A program made the translations under genes and the position numbers. A stretch of DNA of 32,000 nucleotides, taken from the NCBI RefSeq assembly GCF_000179635.2, contig NC_014824.1:210001-242000 (forward strand). The letters are read 5' to 3'. The notes beneath the pieces were generated by a model that saw nothing but the letters and a program-made list of their open reading frames with translations, ran no database searches and was not told the DNA's origin. Positions 7,589-14,865 of this stretch are shown here, one piece after another (within the stretch, counting starts at the first letter, position 1; each line of letters opens with the position of its first letter). Source of the stretch: Ruminococcus albus 7 = DSM 20455 (GTDB taxonomy: Bacteria; Bacillota; Clostridia; Oscillospirales; Ruminococcaceae).

Positions 7589-9244
7589 CTATATATCCGG
7601 TTTTGCGATTTCTTCTTTTGCTTTATCAACTATATCATCCGGAAAACCTATAGCGCTTAAAAGTTTTATAGCATTGCTTGAATCGTTGATACCGTTGTGT
7701 AATGTGTAATCAAACATGATGTCATCCGAGTCAATGACTTCCGAGAAATAGTAATTGGCAAAGATCTTATCAAATGCTTTTGCAAGTTCCAGATCATGGG
7801 TCGCCACCAAGAGCATACATCGTTTATCTGTAAAATAATTCAGTATCGCTTTTGAAGCTGCTATTCGTTCCCTGGTGTTAGTACCTTTAAGTATCTCGTC
7901 TATTGCAAGAAACAGCAGTCTGTCTTCTTGACAGAGCTCAATCATTCTCTTCAGATACTTTATTTCACGGATATAATAGCTTTCGCCTGATAAAATATCA
8001 TCTCTCACAGCCATTGATGTGATCACACCGCATTTGGGTACAGAAGCGCTTTCGGAAGTGCAGGTATGTATGGTCTGACCAAGAATAAGGTTTATTGCTG
8101 TGGATTTGATAAATGTGGATTTACCGGAAGCATTAGAGCCTGTGATTATTATATTGCGATCATATTCAATATCATTCGGTATCGCATTTGATATAGCAGG
8201 ATGAACTAATCCGACGAACGAAAAACTGTCATTATCTGCTGTTTTAGGAATACAGTATGTCGCCGCACTTTTTCTGTACGAAGCTATTGATACACTACAG
8301 TCTATCTCACCGATAAACTTGTATATACGCATACATTCCGACTTTTTTTCAATAAGTTCAGATATGATCTTATCGTACATGATAAAGTCGATCATGAGTG
8401 GACCGAGTAAATATGACATCATCATACTGACCTCATCTTTATTATCGGTAGCATTCTTCTGTTCGAGAAAAGTCGATCTTTTTGCGGTGTTTTTCAATGT
8501 GTTCAGATCTTCTGATATCTCATTGCTGAATTCCGGAACAAGCTCAGCCAGCGAAAATGATGTATTCAGCATTTTCCCTAAATTGAATACAGACTTTACT
8601 TTTATGTCCATTTTTTCCTTTTTTATCGTGTGGATGATCATATTTATAAGATAAACAGCTATGCACATTCCGATAAAAACTGGTTTTCTTATTATAATGG
8701 CAGCTGCTATCGATATCATAAGCAGATATGACAGCGCATAATAAAACTTACTATTTTTCAGTTTGTGCTTGGATATGTTTTCTATCAGTATCGGCATATC
8801 GTAGTTCACATACGATTTGCCTAGAAAATATAGCTTTTCCCTGACTTCGAATCTTTTGTCTTCGTTAGTACCAAAGAAAGATATTTTTTCTTCAAGCTGC
8901 TTCAGGTTGCTTTCTGTTTTTGAAAGATCATGCAGCTTTGAGTACAGACATTGCTCCCCGATATAACTGTCCGTGTGGTTAACAAGGGCAAAAATATTAT
9001 CCATGCTAAGATCTTCCCAAGTGATATCATCAACAATCTCATGTTCAGCTATACTTTTCTTGTCCATCAGATAAAGAGTTTCAATGTTGCCAAGTCTGTA
9101 GAACTGCTCCTCAGTATCATCACGAGGCACGCCAAAGGAAGATCTTATGTAGTCAAGGATACGTTTTTGCCGTTTTTTATCTTGAACGATAGTTATCACA
9201 ATAACAGTAACTATCATCAGCGATATCAATATCAAATATTCCAT
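7589..9244 (-). CDS. MutS-related ATPase (MutS domain V only) with transmembrane segments
   Basis: The 551-aa ORF has Walker A GSNASGKST, Walker B LLFLAIDEILKGTN and ATHDLELA. It has an N-terminal TM helix (LILISLMIVTVIVITIV) and central TM helices. I saw no mismatch-binding or Smr domain. Confidence 0.8.
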   Translation of the reverse strand: MEYLILISLMIVTVIVITIVQDKKRQKRILDYIRSSFGVPRDDTEEQFYRLGNIETLYLMDKKSIAEHEIVDDITWEDLSMDNIFALVNHTDSYIGEQCLYSKLHDLSKTESNLKQLEEKISFFGTNEDKRFEVREKLYFLGKSYVNYDMPILIENISKHKLKNSKFYYALSYLLMISIAAAIIIRKPVFIGMCIAVYLINMIIHTIKKEKMDIKVKSVFNLGKMLNTSFSLAELVPEFSNEISEDLNTLKNTAKRSTFLEQKNATDNKDEVSMMMSYLLGPLMIDFIMYDKIISELIEKKSECMRIYKFIGEIDCSVSIASYRKSAATYCIPKTADNDSFSFVGLVHPAISNAIPNDIEYDRNIIITGSNASGKSTFIKSTAINLILGQTIHTCTSESASVPKCGVITSMAVRDDILSGESYYIREIKYLKRMIELCQEDRLLFLAIDEILKGTNTRERIAASKAILNYFTDKRCMLLVATHDLELAKAFDKIFANYYFSEVIDSDDIMFDYTLHNGINDSSNAIKLLSAIGFPDDIVDKAKEEIAKPDI

Positions 9245-9310
9245 TTTGTTATCTCCAAATTTTGTATTATTTCTATTTCATTATAATTATAGCATATATA
9301 TTCTATTACT

Positions 9311-9342
9311 TGGTTATCCCTTTAACACACCACAAATAAAAG
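9311..9342 (+). repeat. solo copy of a putative IS terminal sequence
   Basis: TGGTTATCCCTTTAACACACCACAA matches 18269-18293 at 24 of 25 positions. The 18269 copy abuts the 3' end of a transposase remnant. Confidence 0.6.
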
Positions 9343-9535
9343 AAATAATAACATGAATAGCAAGAGGCGTATCTTTAGTGGTGAGGCGTTGCCCCTACGA
9401 AAAGATTTAGTCTCTTTTTTTACCTAAGTATTATTATATCATGCAAATTATAAAAATGCAATACCAACGTCCTGAAAGCACTCGAAAATACAAGCAGTCT
9501 CTCTTCTATTAAAGCGATCAAAGACTGTCTTTTAT

Positions 9536-9586
9536 CTTTTCAATCAGTAAGACTTCCCTTTCAATCTGTAAGATTCTATTGATTTT
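9536..9586 (+). repeat. 51-bp direct repeat, right copy, abutting a promoter
   Basis: The half-sites CAATCAGTAAGAC and CAATCTGTAAGAT start 21 bp apart (9541 and 9562). The repeat ends inside the -35 TTGATT. Confidence 0.9.
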
Positions 9587-9607
9587 CGCTTCAGAATACT
9601 GTATTAT
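9579..9607 (+). promoter_or_regulatory. promoter immediately downstream of the phased direct repeats
   Basis: TTGATT-17 nt-TATTAT. Confidence 0.6.
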
Positions 9608-9613
9608 GTAAAT

Positions 9614-9734
9614 ACGGAAAGTACTTTTCCGACCTGCCGTGCAGGGTTATGGATAAACTCCATAATGGCTCGCCTACCAGGTGTAGAAAGAGATTCTGAT
9701 TACGTCTTGCTTCGTGCAAGGCGTTTTCTGTTTT
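9614..9734 (+). ncRNA. candidate small RNA or leader of about 120 nt
   Basis: Three consecutive hairpins (CGGAAAG/TTTTCCG, CCTGC/GCAGG, TTATGGA/TCCATAA) are followed by an intrinsic terminator. There is no ORF. Confidence 0.45.
9702..9734 (+). terminator. intrinsic terminator
   Basis: ACGTCTTGC-TTCGT-GCAAGGCGT is followed by TTTCTGTTTT. Confidence 0.75.
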
Positions 9735-9927
9735 ATACGGTTTTTACCATTCCTAATTTTCTAGTATAATTAAAATGCAGATTTGATTGATAATTGGGAG
9801 ATCAGATCAAGTTTAAATTACAGGAGGATAGAGCAATGACCAAAGCTTTTACGTATTTCTAAATAACTCTCCATGATTTCAAGTTCCAAACACAAAAATA
9901 ATCATGAAAAAACTCAAGGAGGATAAA

Positions 9928-10446
9928 ATGGACGCACAATACATTTTCGAATGCACATGGAAAATGGAAGAGTCAGCTGTTACAGATGGAAGACTTTATA
10001 GCGCAGTAATAAACACTACACTATCCGATATATCTCAGATAAAACCTTTTAAAAATTGGGATGATGCAGCAGAAGCAATCGATAAGTACATCAGACTTAA
10101 ATTATCCAATACCGGATCTCACCTTTCAGGATATATCGAAATAGAATTCGATAACACTGAAATCTATCCAGATGAGATCATAGATGATTTCTTTGAAAAA
10201 GTGGCTCCTTTTTGTAAAGGACATCTGTGTTTCGATAACGGTCTTATTTCCCTTCACCGTCGCTGCACTTTTGTGAACGGGAAAACAATTTACACAGACA
10301 TATACCCACAGGAAAACATTTACGTAGTATTCAGCAAGACTACAGAACAGTTTGTCGGAACTGTAAGTGAATCCTTTGTAGAAACGGTAGATAAAACCAA
10401 ATATAAAATTGAATCGTTAAAACTTGAATTTAACTCGGAGGACTAA
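9928..10446 (+). CDS. hypothetical 172-aa protein
   Basis: The track ORF starts at 9904, but the ATG at 9928 has an AAGGAGG RBS with good spacing. A TATAAT -10 lies at 9765-9770. Confidence 0.75.
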   Translation: MDAQYIFECTWKMEESAVTDGRLYSAVINTTLSDISQIKPFKNWDDAAEAIDKYIRLKLSNTGSHLSGYIEIEFDNTEIYPDEIIDDFFEKVAPFCKGHLCFDNGLISLHRRCTFVNGKTIYTDIYPQENIYVVFSKTTEQFVGTVSESFVETVDKTKYKIESLKLEFNSED

Positions 10447-10449
10447 TAA

Positions 10450-10740
10450 ATGAAGAAGATTATTATTACAAAAAGCGGAATGGCAATCAACACAGACTAC
10501 ATCGTAGAGATGCATATACGTGATCATCACCCAACTGATACAATTGAGCATAATGGTGATAAAAGCTGGAGAGCACATTACTCTATCGAGGCGACACTTA
10601 GCACGTGTTCAACTCAGCCTCTCTTTTCTAAGGTCACAACAGCTGAAGAAATACAGACAACATACGATGATATTATCAAATTTCTCGTAAACAACGAAGA
10701 AACAAGCACATCAGTGCTTGACCTTAGAGATAAAGAATAA
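10450..10740 (+). CDS. hypothetical 96-aa protein
   Basis: A GGAGGA RBS is present. There is a 3-nt gap after the upstream gene, and a terminator follows. Confidence 0.75.
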   Translation: MKKIIITKSGMAINTDYIVEMHIRDHHPTDTIEHNGDKSWRAHYSIEATLSTCSTQPLFSKVTTAEEIQTTYDDIIKFLVNNEETSTSVLDLRDKE

Positions 10741-10763
10741 CGTTAATTAGCTTTACTTGTTCA

Positions 10764-10796
10764 GCCACCGGTATTTTTTATGCCGGTGGCTTTTTT
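10764..10796 (+). terminator. intrinsic terminator
   Basis: GCCACCGG-loop-CCGGTGGC is followed by TTTTTT. Confidence 0.85.
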
Positions 10797-10813
10797 GTGT
10801 CACGCGTGACACA
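10796..10813. repeat. palindrome family, copy 3 (perfect)
   Basis: TGTGTCACGCGTGACACA lies directly after the terminator T-run, between convergent genes. Confidence 0.95.
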
Positions 10814-10844
10814 GCACTCATAGGGAACGACCCATTAGAGATTA

Positions 10845-10876
10845 CCCCTGAGTGTTACAATGTGAGCACTCAGGGG
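10845..10876 (-). terminator. hairpin downstream of the DUF3592-like gene
   Basis: The stem CCCCTGAGTG...CACTCAGGGG is 10 bp. The U-run is weak. Confidence 0.5.
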
Positions 10877-10884
10877 CATTGTGT

Positions 10885-11352
10885 TTATTCGTAAAAAAAT
10901 AATTCGGGAGTTTTTTCCTGAGACTTCTTCATCTGCTTACGGATAACTACTGCCAGAAATACTGTCAGCATAAACATAAATATGCTAATCACAAAAATAA
11001 AGACCGCTGCATCTTTATACTCATCAACTCTGTCGTTGATATAGTAACTATCAGGATCATCTTTATCATAGTGAATGATCACCTTGTCTCCTTTTTTATC
11101 TTCTCTATTGCTTGCGTAGATAGTTCCTTTGTTAAAATATTGGTCCGTCTTTACTTCAATATATTCCTGTATACTTTTTCCACCGGTATAATGTGCTTCA
11201 TTTACTATTACACCAGTTGTTGTACAGGTGCAATTATTCTTCAGCTTTTTATAGATCCCGAGCTGCCATAATCCTGCCAAAAAGATCAGAACTGAAAGTA
11301 TAAAAGTCATTATCACACATATTTTTTTCGCTTTGAAATTTGATTTTTTCAA
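10885..11352 (-). CDS. membrane protein, DUF3592-like (TM, beta-rich domain, TM)
   Basis: I place the start at the TTG at 11352 because an AAGGAGGGG RBS lies 8 nt upstream. The track start at 11415 falls inside the promoter. Two hydrophobic helices flank a ...GDKVIIHYDKDDP... domain. Confidence 0.7.
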   Translation of the reverse strand: MKKSNFKAKKICVIMTFILSVLIFLAGLWQLGIYKKLKNNCTCTTTGVIVNEAHYTGGKSIQEYIEVKTDQYFNKGTIYASNREDKKGDKVIIHYDKDDPDSYYINDRVDEYKDAAVFIFVISIFMFMLTVFLAVVIRKQMKKSQEKTPELFFYE

Positions 11353-11397
11353 TTTGATTACCCCTCCTTGATAAATTCCGGGTTTATGTAAGTAACT

Positions 11398-11426
11398 ATT
11401 ATAGCACCACATCACTTTATTGTCAA
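11398..11426 (-). promoter_or_regulatory. consensus promoter of the DUF3592-like gene
   Basis: The minus strand reads TTGACA-17 nt-TATAAT with a TGC extended -10. Confidence 0.8.
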
Positions 11427-11597
11427 TATAAACGCCATAGTACTTCTGACTTTGCTTCTCTTATTGGCAAAAGAATAATTATGGTAACGGTAATTATATT
11501 ATAACACAAATCAAAAAGCTTAGCTCCCATGTTTTCGAGGTTGCTAAGCTCTTTTTCTTTCTGATGTATAATTATTTTTCTTTCTGTCGATATGCGA

Positions 11598-11626
11598 TTG
11601 ACTTTTTTGGGGCGGTGATGTATAAT
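11598..11626 (+). promoter_or_regulatory. promoter of the ankyrin-repeat gene
   Basis: TTGACT-17 nt-TATAAT. Confidence 0.75.
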
Positions 11627-11689
11627 TACCAATAAGAGCAGGCACTTGGTATGTTTGAAAATATTAAAACTATATGGAGAGCAGAGACA

Positions 11690-12388
11690 ATGAATGTATT
11701 ATTCAAGGAAATTCGGCAAGGAAATATCGAAAATATAAGAGAACGAATTGAAAAAAATCCTGCCGTTGTAAATGAGGTATTCACTGGAAAAAAACCATTG
11801 AAAGATATAGGACAATCACCATTGCAGGTTGCTTTGAAATGCGCTGAATTTGATATTATAGACTTGTTGCTCAATAATGGTGCTGATCCGGATTTCATAG
11901 AAAACCCCTCACAAGTTCCACCGGGTAGTATGTGTTGTCCTGTAATATCAGATGCAATTAAATATGCAATGGATACCTTGCTGTATACTGGTACAAAACA
12001 CATTGAACAATCCTTACGATATGTAGGGATCATTGAACGATTGCTTGTGTTAGGAGCAGATCCGAACAAAAAAAGAATTGATAAGAATCCAATCAACAAC
12101 TGGCAGCCACTTGGAGTACTGGCTGCAGGAGGAAATTATATTTTGAAGCGGACAAGGAGCGATGATCCGGAGGCATATTGCATAGCAAATAAAAACATCA
12201 TTACTATCCTTGATTTGTTGATAAAGTATGGAGCAGATGTTGAGGATTGGCTTGATAACGGCGTATGGGGAGACGAATCCAATCGAAAAGCTTATCTCGA
12301 TGATTTTGAAATTAAAGACGAAGTTGATTTTAATCGAGAGATTCGCACCATTTTTCAAGAATATTTTAACAGACAAACTAATACTTGA
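11690..12388 (+). CDS. ankyrin-repeat protein
   Basis: Repeats such as SPLQVALKCAEFDIIDLLLNNGADPD, LLVLGADPNKK and LIKYGADVEDW are present. I prefer the ATG at 11690 (GGAGAG RBS) to the track start at 11651, which has no RBS. Confidence 0.8.
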   Translation: MNVLFKEIRQGNIENIRERIEKNPAVVNEVFTGKKPLKDIGQSPLQVALKCAEFDIIDLLLNNGADPDFIENPSQVPPGSMCCPVISDAIKYAMDTLLYTGTKHIEQSLRYVGIIERLLVLGADPNKKRIDKNPINNWQPLGVLAAGGNYILKRTRSDDPEAYCIANKNIITILDLLIKYGADVEDWLDNGVWGDESNRKAYLDDFEIKDEVDFNREIRTIFQEYFNRQTNT

Positions 12389-12392
12389 TATA

Positions 12393-12427
12393 CAGCAAGG
12401 AGAAATCGCTCTCCTTGCTGATTTTTT
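12393..12427 (+). terminator. intrinsic terminator
   Basis: CAGCAAGGAG-loop-CTCCTTGCTG is followed by ATTTTTT. Confidence 0.85.
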
Positions 12428-12702
12428 ATTCAAGCTGATTTTTTCCTTTTGGCAGACTGTTCGTTCTGTAAGTTTATACCAAAATAATGACCGTTTCGTT
12501 AAGCATAACCACTGAAATATTTCAGTATTGATAATGATATGCAGTGCTTCGCGGCAAAAAACCCTCCATATATCTACTGACGTCTTCGGGCTTTTGGCGG
12601 TACTTTCTGAAAAGTATACAGTTTGTTCAAGGCAGTTCTCCCTCCTGCATAATTTCAACTGCGAATTTTTATATAATATGCGAACAGAATGTATATCAGC
12701 GG

Positions 12703-12731
12703 TTGCTTTTTCAAGGAAGATGTGGTATAAT
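12703..12731 (+). promoter_or_regulatory. promoter of the SUKH gene
   Basis: TTGCTT-17 nt-TATAAT preceded by TGG. Confidence 0.65.
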
Positions 12732-12775
12732 TTGTGGGTAAGATTAACTTTGATAATGTAATTCGAGGTAGCTCT

Positions 12776-13375
12776 ATGAACGATAAAGAATTATTCACTC
12801 GCATATCCGAAGTGGAAAACAGATTGAACATAACAATTCCTAAAGTCTATAAGGATTTTTTACTTAAACACGATGGTATGGAGTTTGATGATGGAATACT
12901 ATACGGTATTGAAGAAATAGAGGACAGATATCTAACTTTTGAATTTAATAAATATGCTCCTGAATTGATTCCTATTGGCAATGACAATGGAGACTATGAG
13001 CTTGTAATGAAATCAGGAAACCAGATTAAAAGGTTTGGTATTGTCGAGCAAGGCTCGGTAGGTTCGCTTGAACCGGAACATTTTCATAATTTTACCCAGT
13101 GGTATAATAGCGGTCACTCTTTTGAGTTTGAAACTGGAACAAGCAATATCGACGGGTCAAAAAGAGTGAAGGTTGTATTAAAAAAGTGTCCGACCGATAA
13201 ATCAAGAACGATAATGAAGATCAGAAAAGCATTGCGTCTTGAATTGCCAATTACCGAATTACTTCGTGCTGCTAATAATGCTCCGGTTGTTCTTACCGAG
13301 TCACTTACCTTTGCAGTGGCAAAAAAGCTTATTGCAGAAAACTCACTTGATGAATGGCTGGATATAAAATCATGA
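12776..13375 (+). CDS. SMI1/KNR4 (SUKH) family protein with a C-terminal L7/L12-CTD-like domain
   Basis: A SUKH-like N-terminal region is present (IPKVYKDFLLKHDGMEF...IPIGNDNGDYELVM). The tail VKVVLKKCPTDKSRTIMKIRKALRLELPITELLRAANNAPVVL follows the L7/L12 C-terminal domain pattern. I use the ATG at 12776 (GAGGT RBS) because the track GTG at 12734 lies at the predicted TSS. Confidence 0.7.
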   Translation: MNDKELFTRISEVENRLNITIPKVYKDFLLKHDGMEFDDGILYGIEEIEDRYLTFEFNKYAPELIPIGNDNGDYELVMKSGNQIKRFGIVEQGSVGSLEPEHFHNFTQWYNSGHSFEFETGTSNIDGSKRVKVVLKKCPTDKSRTIMKIRKALRLELPITELLRAANNAPVVLTESLTFAVAKKLIAENSLDEWLDIKS

Positions 13376-13420
13376 AAGATGGCCATAAACTTCTAAACAA
13401 ATATTTCTGAATAATCTCAT

Positions 13421-13460
13421 AAGCTGTGGAGCATATAAGCTTCGCAGCTTTTTTGTTTTT
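13421..13460 (+). terminator. probable terminator
   Basis: Nested AAGCT(G)/(C)AGCTT stems are followed by TTTTGTTTTT. Confidence 0.55.
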
Positions 13461-13747
13461 CCCCATAAAATCTTGACGAATGAAAAAGTCTTATGGCGCA
13501 CTCAACTTCTTGCTCAATGCGAATAGACTTTTTATCCCTAAGTGCGCTATAATTTTAGTATGAGTTCGGGCATTCGGCTCCGCAATAAAATATAGAATGG
13601 TGGTGATAATATGGTAAGCATTTCTTTTTCGTACTGCTGTATGTGTGTGGCACTTTGGTTGATATTGATAATGGTGTTCTTCTTAATCTGCATGAAGACA
13701 ATAAGCTGACGACTATGCAAAAAGCGATTAAAAATAACCCCATTATA

Positions 13748-13765
13748 TGTGTCACGCGTGACACA
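13748..13765. repeat. palindrome family, copy 4 (perfect)
   Basis: TGTGTCACGCGTGACACA lies 27 bp upstream of a TATAAT at 13792-13797. Confidence 0.95.
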
Positions 13766-13902
13766 AACTTTAAAATCAGCTCCGCGTTCGATATAATGTT
13801 ATTACCCACGAGTCAGCTTTTATCTCGACAAAATGTTAAAATTATCAGCGTATTAATGGCAGTTGCTATCTTTTCTTTTTGTCGGTTCCCATAAAAAAAG
13901 AA

Positions 13903-13940
13903 AAGGCAAGCCCTCAAAATTTGCAGGGTCTTGCCTTTTG
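13903..13940. terminator. bidirectional terminator
   Basis: AAGGCAAGCCCT...AGGGTCTTGCCTT is flanked by an A-run and a T-run. It lies downstream of the zinc-ribbon membrane gene. Confidence 0.8.
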
Positions 13941-13965
13941 ATAATAATTTCTGCCGATTGCCGAC

Positions 13966-14775
13966 TCATCTTTGTTGATTTAAAGATCTTTCAGCCGTGA
14001 AGGTCTTCACGCTAGAGAAGAACGCGATTATTATTGTTATGAAGCATATAACAAAACCGAACTTTACGTTCACCTTCAGATATTCCTTTATTTCACTCAG
14101 GTCTGTTTTGCTATTTGTTATGTAGCGCTTGTAAAAATCGGTATTGAATATTATCAGACTTGCAAGCGCGATGACCGCACAGGTTGCTGATGCAAGCGGT
14201 AATATTTTTATTTTCTTTATAAACAGCAACATCATCCCCAAAATGCAGCAGAGCAGCGTTACTAACAACCACGGGTTCGCATCTTCTTTGTTGCCGTAGT
14301 CTTTGTAACTGGGAAGTATAAAATTCTTTCTAAGTTCTTCTACATTTTCGTTTTTCTTGACGTTTTTATCGCTTATAGTTGTCGGGCAAATGATATTGTA
14401 GCCTGAGTATATGACCTCGGTATTGTATTTATCGCCACTGCCGGTTATCGTTGAGGTATCGCATGAAACCGACATGAACGGAAAAAAGAAGCATACGATA
14501 GCAAGCAAAAAAGCGATTTTTGCTATAAACCTTGAGTGTATCCTGTTGCCTTTATACGCTGCGTCAGATATGTCTTCCGTAACTGGAACTGCTTGTACAG
14601 TCGAGTAAGATTCTGACTGATAGCTATCAGCCCCGTGTCTGCCAAAGAATTTTTCATCTAATAAAGCTTTATCTTCCGTGAAAAAGCTGTCATCATCGTC
14701 ATCTGTTACCGCACCGCACTGTATACAGAATGTCGAACCGTCAGGGTTTTTGCTTCCGCATATTGGACATATCAT
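13966..14775 (-). CDS. zinc-ribbon domain membrane protein
   Basis: The N-terminus reads MICPICGSKNPDGSTFCIQCGA, followed by several hydrophobic helices. A GAGGAGG RBS and a TGATATAAT -10 are present. Confidence 0.85.
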   Translation of the reverse strand: MICPICGSKNPDGSTFCIQCGAVTDDDDDSFFTEDKALLDEKFFGRHGADSYQSESYSTVQAVPVTEDISDAAYKGNRIHSRFIAKIAFLLAIVCFFFPFMSVSCDTSTITGSGDKYNTEVIYSGYNIICPTTISDKNVKKNENVEELRKNFILPSYKDYGNKEDANPWLLVTLLCCILGMMLLFIKKIKILPLASATCAVIALASLIIFNTDFYKRYITNSKTDLSEIKEYLKVNVKFGFVICFITIIIAFFSSVKTFTAERSLNQQR

Positions 14776-14865
14776 GATATTGCCTCCTCAATATATTTTT
14801 TCTGATTATATCATACTTTTTAATACAAATAAAAATACATCAATTAATCTTAAAGCTGTTCAGTA

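Noticed and set aside
11517-11556. Hairpin AGCTTAGC...GCTAAGCT with flanking A- and T-runs as the terminator of a gene
   Set aside because: No gene on either strand ends upstream of it. It lies between two divergent promoters, so its role (orphan terminator, small RNA end or insulator) is unclear and I have not called it.
11626-12658. Minus-strand ORFs of 157 aa and 202 aa overlapping the ankyrin-repeat gene
   Set aside because: The ankyrin frame has clear repeat motifs, a promoter, an RBS and a terminator. The antisense ORFs have none of these.
13641-13709. 22-aa hydrophobic peptide MCVALWLILIMVFFLICMKTIS (type I toxin-like)
   Set aside because: There is no Shine-Dalgarno sequence or promoter in a suitable position, and I see no antisense RNA signal. 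It is probably a chance ORF in T-rich DNA.
13555-13894. ORFs 13555-13809 (minus) and 13643-13894 (plus). The same reasoning applies to 27479-27676, 27090-27521 and 28477-28692.
   Set aside because: They run through palindrome copies, terminators or repeat units. They start at non-ATG codons without an RBS and encode implausible sequences.
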